DNA from: Alistipes communis
GTDB taxonomy: Bacteria > Bacillota_I > Bacilli_A > RFN20 > CAG-826
Direction: 5' to 3'
DNA: 50,924 nucleotides
Assembly: GCA_963655775.1 (NCBI GenBank)
Contig: CAVKFY010000029.1
Location: 13,813 to 64,736 of the forward strand
Positions 27,024 through 35,691 of this stretch are shown here, one piece after another. Position numbers and translations under genes: made by a program. How positions within the stretch are numbered: position 1 is the stretch's first letter; each line of letters opens with the position of its first letter. The notes under the pieces are model-generated. The model was not told the DNA's origin, ran no database searches, and saw only the letters and a program-made list of their open reading frames with translations.

Positions 27024-27643
27024 TAGAAATCAACTTTTGTGTTTTCTCCGACTATACCAACGTATGCACCAAGAGAGGCTTGGTTACTGTCTTTATGTGC
27101 TAACAACCATTTATTAACTTTCCAAAGCTTTTTATCCTTTGGAGCCTCTTCTAGATCCATGTTTGTTTCATCGCCAAGGACAATCACACATCTAAATCCA
27201 TCTTCACTAAGTTTGCATGGAGAGAAATGTAAGGTATATGGTCTTAAGATCACTGCTTGTCCTTTTTTGAGTAAGAAAGCCTTTAGATCTTTAGAATCAA
27301 GGATGCCGTCTTTGATGTCGGTTTGTAAGCCGAGTAGAAGAACTAAATCATCTCCAGCGATATCTACCTCAGGACAAGTGTGATATTCCATGCAATTCAA
27401 AAGAGAGTTGTAGCCATTGCAATATCCAACCTCGATATCAGCTAAACCATAAACGCTTTCTTTTATTTCTTTAACGCCAGCTAATTTTTCCATCTCTTCA
27501 TCCTTACGGACATAGAGGTTTTTGCCTTTTTCAGGCATTTTAGCCTTTGAACGGAGATAAGTAACGAGTTCTTCTGTTGGAATATCAATTAATTCGCCAT
27601 AAGGCAAGAATTCAGGATCAGTAACACTTATGAGTTTCATCAA
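27023..27643 (-). CDS. DUF4867-like small cupin-type protein (candidate sulfosugar isomerase/accessory protein)
   Basis: 206 aa soluble protein. Assignment is by recollection of the DUF4867 family and its co-occurrence in sulfo-TAL clusters. Overlaps the upstream gene by ~26 nt. Confidence 0.5.
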   Translation of the reverse strand: MMKLISVTDPEFLPYGELIDIPTEELVTYLRSKAKMPEKGKNLYVRKDEEMEKLAGVKEIKESVYGLADIEVGYCNGYNSLLNCMEYHTCPEVDIAGDDLVLLLGLQTDIKDGILDSKDLKAFLLKKGQAVILRPYTLHFSPCKLSEDGFRCVIVLGDETNMDLEEAPKDKKLWKVNKWLLAHKDSNQASLGAYVGIVGENTKVDF

Positions 27644-28949
27644 GAATCTCCCAATTCATTAATTTAGCTAGATAACGCATAGCTTTCTTATATTGGACGT
27701 AGCCCATAATAACGTGGTGAGCAACGCCAGTGTATGTAACCGTATCAACAACTTCATTGATTGGTCTATCAAAGACTACTTTCGCATATGTTCCAGATAA
27801 ATCCTTTGTCATTTCAAAGGCTTCGCCTTCTTCATAATAGATTCTTGTCTTTCCTCTTGCCGTATCAATACGTAAGATAGACATCTTTCCTGGCTTTAAG
27901 ACAAAGTCTGCGGTAACGCCTTTTCCACCAGCGAAATATGTTTCAAGCGAACGGTTGCAACGTCCATCCCAAAGGTTACATGGAGCAACTCCATCATGCC
28001 AAAGAAGAGCATAGTTTTCTTGATAGTTAACTTGAGAAAGATCGGCCATAAATGGTGTTTCTTCTCCTGCTGCACGGACTGCGACCATGCTTAATGCCGC
28101 TTCGATATCGCCTTCACAAGCAAGTAACATTCCTCTTGATTGAAGAACCGACATCATCGCACACGGTGAAACGCCATAGTTTTTAGCAAACTCTGGCCAA
28201 CAACGAATTGCTACGACATCAAGGCCTTTTTCTTTCATGAATTTAGAACAAACGACCACTAAACGGGAAACTTGTCTAACTTGATAATCATTAAGTTTCT
28301 TGCAATCGAAGGTTTCTCTAAGATTCTTTTCTTCAACATCAATTTCTTCTTCGCTTGCTTCTCCACCAAAGAAATCGCTTAATTCATAATGGCTAATAAG
28401 AATTCCAAGTTCTTTGTAGAGATGAAGCTCATCTACTCCAACGTTATAGAATCCTTGGGCATGGAAACCGATTAAACCAACGTTTGAGTTTTCTAATGCA
28501 ACCTTCATCTTGATTGCCTTGACCCAATCGTGATCAATGTCATCTCCAACATAAACGATATAGTCATCAACTCCGCCTTTATAGAGGTTTGAGGCGTTTA
28601 AATTAACCCCGCAAACTGCATTGAGTCTAATCTTTCCTCCATCGTATGGAAGTTCGTTATAACCTTGTAAAAGGAATGGGCGCTTGACAATATCGTGAAG
28701 AATTAAAGCAAGTCCACCTAAGTGGAAGGTAGCAGAGACTACAACGACCGCATCAACGTGTTTTTCGACGAAATATTCGCCTGCTTTCTTTGCTTCGGAA
28801 TGTTCGATAACCATTTCTGGGTAATAAACCCAATCAATGGAAGTATCTTCCATGACTTTCTTACATCTTTCTTGATAAAGCTTAAAGGCTGTTTCGTAGT
28901 CAAAAGTCTTTCTGACTAGGCAAACTAACCCAATAATTGGTTTTCTCAT
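27618..28949 (-). CDS. L-fucose/L-arabinose isomerase-like aldose-ketose isomerase family protein
   Basis: 443 aa with the FucI-like N-terminal Rossmann-like region (IGLVCLVRKTFD...AVVVVSATFHLGG) and a C-terminal barrel. Confidence 0.6.
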   Translation of the reverse strand: MRKPIIGLVCLVRKTFDYETAFKLYQERCKKVMEDTSIDWVYYPEMVIEHSEAKKAGEYFVEKHVDAVVVVSATFHLGGLALILHDIVKRPFLLQGYNELPYDGGKIRLNAVCGVNLNASNLYKGGVDDYIVYVGDDIDHDWVKAIKMKVALENSNVGLIGFHAQGFYNVGVDELHLYKELGILISHYELSDFFGGEASEEEIDVEEKNLRETFDCKKLNDYQVRQVSRLVVVCSKFMKEKGLDVVAIRCWPEFAKNYGVSPCAMMSVLQSRGMLLACEGDIEAALSMVAVRAAGEETPFMADLSQVNYQENYALLWHDGVAPCNLWDGRCNRSLETYFAGGKGVTADFVLKPGKMSILRIDTARGKTRIYYEEGEAFEMTKDLSGTYAKVVFDRPINEVVDTVTYTGVAHHVIMGYVQYKKAMRYLAKLMNWEILDETHKCY

Positions 28950-28950
28950 A

Positions 28951-29787
28951 TTATTTGACCTCGTTAACGATTTTATATGAAGCAGAGAAGTCTTCTTTAG
29001 CTAAGCCTTCTGCCATGGCTTTTTCGTATATGCCAACAACGCGTTCTAATGTTGGGCATTCTTTATTTACGTCTTTTGCCATTTCAAGAGCAAAATGAAC
29101 GTCTTTATTCATGTTTTCAACGGAGAATGCAGTTGGATAAGTATTGGAGATGATGTTCTTTGCCTTGGTATCAAGATAGAAACATTGTCCTCCGCCATAG
29201 CTTATAGCAGTAACGACTTCTTCTTGGTTTAAGCCTACTTCTTTTGCTAAGCCAAGAATTTCATTAACGCCATTTTGGATTTCACCAACCAAGGCGTTAT
29301 GAATAACTTTCATCTTTAATCCTGCGCCATGATCACCCATATAGATGATGTTCTTACCCATGCATTCAAGGATTGGCTTTACTTTTTCATAGACTTCTTT
29401 ATTACCGCCTACGTAAATGCCAAGTTCTCCCTTAACGGCTGCTGGTTGAGATTTAACAACCGGACAGTCAAGGATTTCAACTCCGCTTCCTTCTAATTCT
29501 TTTGCAACTTTTTGATTTGTTGCGGGGAAAATAGTGGACATATCAATCCAGATTTGTCCTGGGCGGAAGTATTTCTTTAATTCGGCAAAGAGCGAAAGCA
29601 TATGCTCATTCTTTGGAACCATGGAAATAATAACATCAGCGAATTTAGCACATTCTTCATAGGAAGAAGCAAATGGGAAAGACGTGTCTTTTTTGAAAAT
29701 ATCGTAGCCAATTAAGTCGTACTTTTTGGCAACGTTTGTAGCCATTGGCATTCCCATGATGCCAAGACCAATAAAGGCGACTTTCAT
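28951..29787 (-). CDS. Beta-hydroxyacid dehydrogenase family reductase, YihU (sulfolactaldehyde reductase)-like
   Basis: Start re-set to MKVAFIGLGIMG (NAD-binding GxGxxG). Catalytic Lys region GAGLKMKVIHN. Substrate loop DCPVVKSQ aligns with E. coli YihU DVPVGRTS. Confidence 0.8.
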   Translation of the reverse strand: MKVAFIGLGIMGMPMATNVAKKYDLIGYDIFKKDTSFPFASSYEECAKFADVIISMVPKNEHMLSLFAELKKYFRPGQIWIDMSTIFPATNQKVAKELEGSGVEILDCPVVKSQPAAVKGELGIYVGGNKEVYEKVKPILECMGKNIIYMGDHGAGLKMKVIHNALVGEIQNGVNEILGLAKEVGLNQEEVVTAISYGGGQCFYLDTKAKNIISNTYPTAFSVENMNKDVHFALEMAKDVNKECPTLERVVGIYEKAMAEGLAKEDFSASYKIVNEVK

Positions 29788-29788
29788 C

Positions 29789-30469
29789 TTAGTTTCCTTT
29801 CGTATGATCCCAAGCATCTTGGAACACGCCTAAGCCATAAGTGGTAAATGGATGATTGAAACTATCTTCGTAGACGGCTAATCCTGCTGTGACAATATCT
29901 GCACCAAGTTCTGCTGCATCAGCAATTTGTTTACCATTTCTAACGGCTGCGACAATGATTTCAGTCTTATAGCCTTTTTCTTTATAGATGGCAACAAGTT
30001 GAGACATATATGGATATGTGTCTTCGCCGTTATTTTCTTTCCAACCGACGAATGGTGAGACGAATTTAGCGCCAATTCTTCCTGCTTGGATGGCTTGGGA
30101 AGGAGAGAAGACAAGAGTAACGTTAGTTCTTACTCCTTCTTTTTCTAATTGATATGCGGCTTTGACACCTTCTGTCGTGCAAGGAATTTTAATGACAAAG
30201 TTTGGAGATAATTTAGCAATCTTCTTTGCTTCGGTAATCATTTCTTCTGCGGTTGCTAAATGTGGATTGATTTCGACGGAGACTGGGAATTTATCCATTC
30301 CTTCGAGATCGTTTTCTTTTAACCAATTGGCAATATCTGTGATTGCAACTAAGAATGGCTTTCCTGAGGCCATGATATGTTTTGGGTTTGTTGTAACACC
30401 GTCGATTTTGTAGTTTTTGTAAGCGAAGTCGATTTCGTTTAATTTTGCTGAATCAAGAAAATATTTCAT
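29789..30469 (-). CDS. Short-type transaldolase / fructose-6-phosphate aldolase family (candidate 6-deoxy-6-sulfofructose transaldolase)
   Basis: 226 aa. MKYFLDSA, GVTTNP, Schiff-base Lys in FVIKIP, NVTLVFS, SPFVGW. Strong RBS AGGAGG. Confidence 0.85.
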   Translation of the reverse strand: MKYFLDSAKLNEIDFAYKNYKIDGVTTNPKHIMASGKPFLVAITDIANWLKENDLEGMDKFPVSVEINPHLATAEEMITEAKKIAKLSPNFVIKIPCTTEGVKAAYQLEKEGVRTNVTLVFSPSQAIQAGRIGAKFVSPFVGWKENNGEDTYPYMSQLVAIYKEKGYKTEIIVAAVRNGKQIADAAELGADIVTAGLAVYEDSFNHPFTTYGLGVFQDAWDHTKGN

Positions 30470-30470
30470 T

Positions 30471-32450
30471 TTAATTTCCTCCTTTTTCTTGTTTTAAGCT
30501 TGCGAATAAATCTTTGAATTTAGAATCCTTTTTATAGAAGGCAATAGGTAAGCCGACAGGTGAATCTATTTCTCCTTCTCCAGAAGGTATTTCTTTGTTT
30601 GTGAAGAATTGAATCCATTCCCCTTTTGGTAAATAGTAATGATGTTTTGTTTCATTTGGTCTAATGACTGGTGAAACAAGAATGTCCTCGCCAAATAGGT
30701 ATTCCTTTTTGTTTGTATATGCTTCCTTTTCATCGTAATGGAAGAATAGTGGTCTAATCATTGGAGTGTTGTTTTTGTAATATTCTTCATAGAGATGTTT
30801 ACGATATGGGGCGAGATCTACATAGGATTTTGTGTTTTTTACAAATTCATCATATGTATTTGGATCATCATATTGGACATTATTTTTTGGTTGGTTTCCT
30901 TCGTGAGTACGATAGACTGGGCTAAAGATATTCATCTCTGACCAACGATTAAACAATTCTGCGTTTCTCTTCATTGGATATAGAGCAGTGATTGTTGTAT
31001 ATCCTCCAATATCCGAATGGATGACACCTGCGCCAGAACATGCTAAAGATAGGCATGCTGGGATAACACTTCCAAGACCATATTCATCTGAGAAGTCGAC
31101 GTGTTGGTCGCCATTCCACATTGAGTGAGTGAATTGGAAAGTATGACCATAAGCAGCACGGGAGAAGAAGAAACATTCATCAAGTTTTCCTTCTTCGACA
31201 ACTGCATCATAATTACATTTTGCCCACATTGTAGGCCAACGATTATGAAGCTTCTCGCTTTCTCCACCATAACATACTGAGTCTGTTGGGAGATACTCAC
31301 CAAAGTCTGCCATCCAACCAGAAAGACCATATTCAATCATGTTCTTTTTGATAATTTCCATATACCAGTTACGAGCGGTTGGATTTGTTAAATCAACGAT
31401 GCCTGCATTAAATGTTGTTGATTTAATGTGATAGACTGAACCATCTTTATGACGGATAAGGAAGCCTTTCTTCTTTGCTTCGTTATACATTGGCGCATCT
31501 TCTTTTAAGAAGGTGTTGATGTATCCTAGGAAACGGACTCCTTCGGAATTTAGCTGTTTGATAATTTCTTTAAGATTTGGGTAAAGTTTTTCATCTGCTT
31601 CCCAATTCCAGTAAACTTGATAACCGAAACTCGTGACGACATTTCCGCACCAGTCTTGGCACCAAATACCAGCAACCTTTAAGCCTTTCTTTTTTGCTTC
31701 TTCGTATTTTTTAAGAAGAACTTCACTTCCACCCTGTACAGCAAGAATGACACCATCATTCACCCAGGAAGGAACTCTTGGTTGGAGACCTACAAGTTTA
31801 GAAATATCTTGTGACAACTCTAAGAGAGAATCTGCACAAAGCAACGATATTGATTGAGGAATTTGTCTGAATTTAATAAGCAATTCATCTTTCTTGAACG
31901 ATAAGAATCCATATGTATCTTCATGACAATAGAAAGCGTATCCTTTCGAAGACATGAAAGATGGAGTGGAGCAATAAGTTTGATGATCTTTATACGGCGC
32001 TTCATAATCTGGGTTTGCACCATGGAGACGTTCTCTTAATTGCTTCTTAACAATCTTCATGACTTGTTGGTGTTCGCTTACCCAAATTGGAACGTCTTTT
32101 CCTTTTAAATCAAGGGTTGAGTATTGCTCACCACATCCATATATATATTCATCAGGGAATGTTTTGAAACGCAATGTAAAACGGTTATATCCAGGATCAA
32201 CGTGGAAATGGAATTTAATCCATGGATCCTTATCGACGATTATTTCCGCTTGAACTTTTCCATCGGAGAAAATATAACGGTTGCCATCTTGGAAAGAGAA
32301 AGTAAGTTTTCTTCTATCAAAGATATTGTCTCTTGTTTTAAAAGAGCCTCTCTTCATTTTGTATTTCGCTTTTCCTTTGCCGATAGTTAAATAACACTCG
32401 CCGTTTGTTAATTGGTTTAAAAAGTAATTATAAAGGTCTTCTTTTTTCAT
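30471..32450 (-). CDS. GH31 glycosidase of the YihQ (sulfoquinovosidase) subfamily, non-canonical sulfonate pocket
   Basis: 659 aa, collinear with E. coli YihQ: AVQGG, CQDW, SFGYQVYWNW, nucleophile GWMADFGEYLPTD, acid/base MWNGDQHVDF, HSDIGGYTT, RTHEGN. Confidence 0.85.
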   Translation of the reverse strand: MKKEDLYNYFLNQLTNGECYLTIGKGKAKYKMKRGSFKTRDNIFDRRKLTFSFQDGNRYIFSDGKVQAEIIVDKDPWIKFHFHVDPGYNRFTLRFKTFPDEYIYGCGEQYSTLDLKGKDVPIWVSEHQQVMKIVKKQLRERLHGANPDYEAPYKDHQTYCSTPSFMSSKGYAFYCHEDTYGFLSFKKDELLIKFRQIPQSISLLCADSLLELSQDISKLVGLQPRVPSWVNDGVILAVQGGSEVLLKKYEEAKKKGLKVAGIWCQDWCGNVVTSFGYQVYWNWEADEKLYPNLKEIIKQLNSEGVRFLGYINTFLKEDAPMYNEAKKKGFLIRHKDGSVYHIKSTTFNAGIVDLTNPTARNWYMEIIKKNMIEYGLSGWMADFGEYLPTDSVCYGGESEKLHNRWPTMWAKCNYDAVVEEGKLDECFFFSRAAYGHTFQFTHSMWNGDQHVDFSDEYGLGSVIPACLSLACSGAGVIHSDIGGYTTITALYPMKRNAELFNRWSEMNIFSPVYRTHEGNQPKNNVQYDDPNTYDEFVKNTKSYVDLAPYRKHLYEEYYKNNTPMIRPLFFHYDEKEAYTNKKEYLFGEDILVSPVIRPNETKHHYYLPKGEWIQFFTNKEIPSGEGEIDSPVGLPIAFYKKDSKFKDLFASLKQEKGGN

Positions 32451-32662
32451 TCGAATCCTCTCTAGCTGATCGCTATTATTTAAGTGACTTAAAAATTATA
32501 AGATGTGATTCAAATAATATCAATATCTAAACATTAAGTTGTGGTTGTTTTTATAGAAAATGGTTATTTTTAACCAACATTTAAATATAAAACGTGAAAT
32601 GGTCAATAAAAGTGATAAGATTTGTGAGTTATCAAAATGATAAGCATTAGGGAGGGATAAAT

Positions 32663-35644
32663 ATGTTAGAAGTCAAACATTTAAAAAGAATTTATAAATT
32701 AAAAAATGCTGACCCTGTGTATGCATTAAATGACGTATCAATTAAGTTTCCTAAGAAAGGCCTTGTTTTTATATTAGGTAAATCTGGTTCTGGCAAATCC
32801 ACATTGCTCAATGTTATTGGTGGACTTGATGTTGCAGATGAAGGAGAAATCATCATCGATGGAAAATCCAGTAAGGAATTTAGCAAAGGAGAATTAGATT
32901 CCTATAGAAATACTTATTTGGGTTTCATCTTCCAAGAATACAACATTCTTTCTGACTATACGGTCAAAGAGAATATCGCTCTTGCCTTGCAATTGCAGCA
33001 TAAGAAGGCGACTGATGAAATTATCGATTCCATTCTTAAGGAAGTGGATCTTGAAGGTTTTGGTAAGAGAAAGCCAAACGAGCTCTCTGGCGGTCAGAAA
33101 CAAAGAGTCGCAATTGCTAGAGCCTTAGTCAAAGAGCCAAAGATCATCTTCGGTGATGAGCCAACAGGTGCCTTAGATAGCAATACCGGCAAGCAAGTCT
33201 TTGAGACATTGAAGAAACTATCCAAAGACAAGCTTGTTGTCGTTGTCTCTCACGATAGAGAATTTGCAGAATCTTTTGGCGATCGTGTCATTGAATTAAA
33301 AGATGGCGTCATCATCTCTGACGTAGAAAAGAATTTGATGGAAATGGTCACTCCATCAAAAGGTCTTTCTGTTCTCGGTGATAATGTTATTCGTATTAGC
33401 AAAGATCATCCATTAACAAAAGATGATTTGCCAGTTCTTAACGAGGCAATAAGCAAGGCCAAAGATGATATCTACTTTGTTGCAGATCAAAGCGTTAATA
33501 AAGCCATTCGTCAAGCCGCAAAGATCAATGAGAATGGTGAAAGAACAGAATTTTGCAAAACCGATGAGAGCAAAATCAAAGAAAAGAACGAAGAATTCAA
33601 AACCATTAAGAGTAAATATTCTCTTGGCCAAGCGTTTAGGATGGGTGCAAAATCCTTACGCGTTAAGCCTTTCCGTTTGGTGATGACAATTATTCTTTCC
33701 ACAGTTTCCTTCTCTTTATTTGGTGCAAGTTTAACTTTGTCGATGTTCAATAAAGAAAATGCTGTTATTTCCACGATGGAAAGAAATGAAATCACTAGCC
33801 TCAAGGCAGGTTTATCTGAAGCAGGAACTGGTTACGGATTTAGCAAAGAAAGAATCGCTCAAATCGAATCTGGCGGTGCGAAAGTCTATCCTATTTATGG
33901 CTATACTTCCGAAATCTCAATGAATGCTGGAGAATCCAAGACAACAAACGATTTCTATCATGCAAGAAAATGGGACGGAATAATAGACGTTACGGATAAT
34001 CTTTTGGGTGATTTCGGTTTTAGCGTTGCATATGGTGAGATGCCTAAGAACGAATACGAATGTGCTATATCTTTATATTCTTATTACACATACAAAGACT
34101 TAGGATATTACATTAATAAGAGTCTTATCGATAAGACTTATGTAAGCCCTGAAAATGTTACTCCAGAAACAATTATTGGTAGAACTATCGACGTTAGCGA
34201 TACTAGAGAATCTTTTATCAGTGGAGGAGCAACAACCACAGCTTATAAGATCACAGGCATTATTGATACTAAGCTTCCTAGCAAATTCGATAAATATCGT
34301 AATGGGACCACAAAATTAACCGATGATGATCCTGATTATAAAGAAGTGGCTAATTTAGTAGGTGGCCAAACGATACATTCTCAGTTGTTTGCGAAAAGAC
34401 ATTCTGATGAAGATTCCAGCATTATTGTCACAACACGTTATAGTGAAAATATGCCAAATATCCTTGCCTATATGCCGAACGTTAAGAATGTCTATCTCTT
34501 TGATAAGAGCAAGAAAGAATTAGGTAATGGGGAATGCATGATGACATTCTTGGATATCTATAATTATCTTCTTGTTTACGAAAATGCAGATACTGCCACA
34601 GATTTCAAAGAAAAGGCAAAAACTATTACTGATAGAAGAAGTGAAGAAGTTGATGAGTTTATCGATAACAACTACGAAGCCTTCTATGAAAAATATCACA
34701 CACTGTATGAATTCCATGACAAAATGGATGAAGCTGCAGCAAGCGTTGAAGTAAAGAAAGAACTTTGTAAGAATTACTTTACTTCTAAGAGTGCTGAAAA
34801 TACGGAAGAATACATCAACTTCTATTCCAACTTCCTTAAAGAAGAAATTGCCATTCTCGATACGATGAAAAAGGTGCCTAATTTCTCCTTGGATAGCAGT
34901 TTAAAAATCGGAACTGGAGATAACGTTTCTCAATCTGTTTCATTAAAGGTCGCAGGTATTGATTTAGATTCCTTCTATTTCTCTAGCTTAATCAAAATTT
35001 CAAAAAACTACGCTGAAACCCTTGTGGATCAATTAAAATCCAACAATGCATATGCTTTAGGCAATAATAATATGGCATTTATTGCTTTCAAAAATGCACG
35101 TAATTCTTTTGTTAAATCGTATTTAACTCAAAGGGATGCATATCAAAGTACAGACGAACATGCAAAAGGTGATTGGTGCTTATCTTTATATAATTCAACC
35201 ATCAGCCAAGTTGAAGCGATTGCCACTATAGTTCTTGTTTTAACGCATGTCTTTGTTTGGATTGGTGTTGCATTAGCCGTTTTCTCGATTCTTCTCTTCT
35301 ATAATTTCATCTCCGTTTCTATTAACAATAAGAAGAGAGAGATTGGTATCCTTAGAGCGGTTGGTGCCAAACGTAGCGATGTCTTTAAGATCTTCTATTC
35401 TGAAGCATTCATTATCGCCTTTGTTAACTTCATCTTATCCACGGTTGCGGTATTCGTTATTTCTAATTCCGTTAACGCATCGGCAATAAAGAATGATGGA
35501 TTTGACTTTAATTTGATGAATCCAAACTTCTTAGTTGTCTTGGCCTTGTTTGGAATTTCTCTTGGTGCAAGTATTATTTCATCCTTGTTACCGGTTTGGA
35601 AAATTGCTAGCAAGAAACCAATTGACGCAATACAAAATAGATAA
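32663..35644 (+). CDS. MacB/FtsX-type ABC transporter, ATPase and permease fused in one 993-aa polypeptide
   Basis: N-terminal ATPase (GKSGSGKSTLL, LSGGQKQRVAIARA, IIFGDEPTGALD). One TM at ~aa 340, an extracytoplasmic domain of about 480 aa, and a C-terminal FtsX-like 3-TM bundle (ILRAVGAKRSDVFKIF...). Confidence 0.8.
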   Translation: MLEVKHLKRIYKLKNADPVYALNDVSIKFPKKGLVFILGKSGSGKSTLLNVIGGLDVADEGEIIIDGKSSKEFSKGELDSYRNTYLGFIFQEYNILSDYTVKENIALALQLQHKKATDEIIDSILKEVDLEGFGKRKPNELSGGQKQRVAIARALVKEPKIIFGDEPTGALDSNTGKQVFETLKKLSKDKLVVVVSHDREFAESFGDRVIELKDGVIISDVEKNLMEMVTPSKGLSVLGDNVIRISKDHPLTKDDLPVLNEAISKAKDDIYFVADQSVNKAIRQAAKINENGERTEFCKTDESKIKEKNEEFKTIKSKYSLGQAFRMGAKSLRVKPFRLVMTIILSTVSFSLFGASLTLSMFNKENAVISTMERNEITSLKAGLSEAGTGYGFSKERIAQIESGGAKVYPIYGYTSEISMNAGESKTTNDFYHARKWDGIIDVTDNLLGDFGFSVAYGEMPKNEYECAISLYSYYTYKDLGYYINKSLIDKTYVSPENVTPETIIGRTIDVSDTRESFISGGATTTAYKITGIIDTKLPSKFDKYRNGTTKLTDDDPDYKEVANLVGGQTIHSQLFAKRHSDEDSSIIVTTRYSENMPNILAYMPNVKNVYLFDKSKKELGNGECMMTFLDIYNYLLVYENADTATDFKEKAKTITDRRSEEVDEFIDNNYEAFYEKYHTLYEFHDKMDEAAASVEVKKELCKNYFTSKSAENTEEYINFYSNFLKEEIAILDTMKKVPNFSLDSSLKIGTGDNVSQSVSLKVAGIDLDSFYFSSLIKISKNYAETLVDQLKSNNAYALGNNNMAFIAFKNARNSFVKSYLTQRDAYQSTDEHAKGDWCLSLYNSTISQVEAIATIVLVLTHVFVWIGVALAVFSILLFYNFISVSINNKKREIGILRAVGAKRSDVFKIFYSEAFIIAFVNFILSTVAVFVISNSVNASAIKNDGFDFNLMNPNFLVVLALFGISLGASIISSLLPVWKIASKKPIDAIQNR

Positions 35645-35658
35645 TCACTTATTTCAAA

Positions 35659-35691
35659 AAATGTTGTTTGCTATAAATGCAGGCAACATTT
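35659..35691. terminator. Bidirectional intrinsic terminator
   Basis: AAATGTTGTTTGC-tataaat-GCAGGCAACATTT: 13-bp stem including 2 G-U pairs, followed by TTTTATTTT. Lies between convergent genes. Confidence 0.6.
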
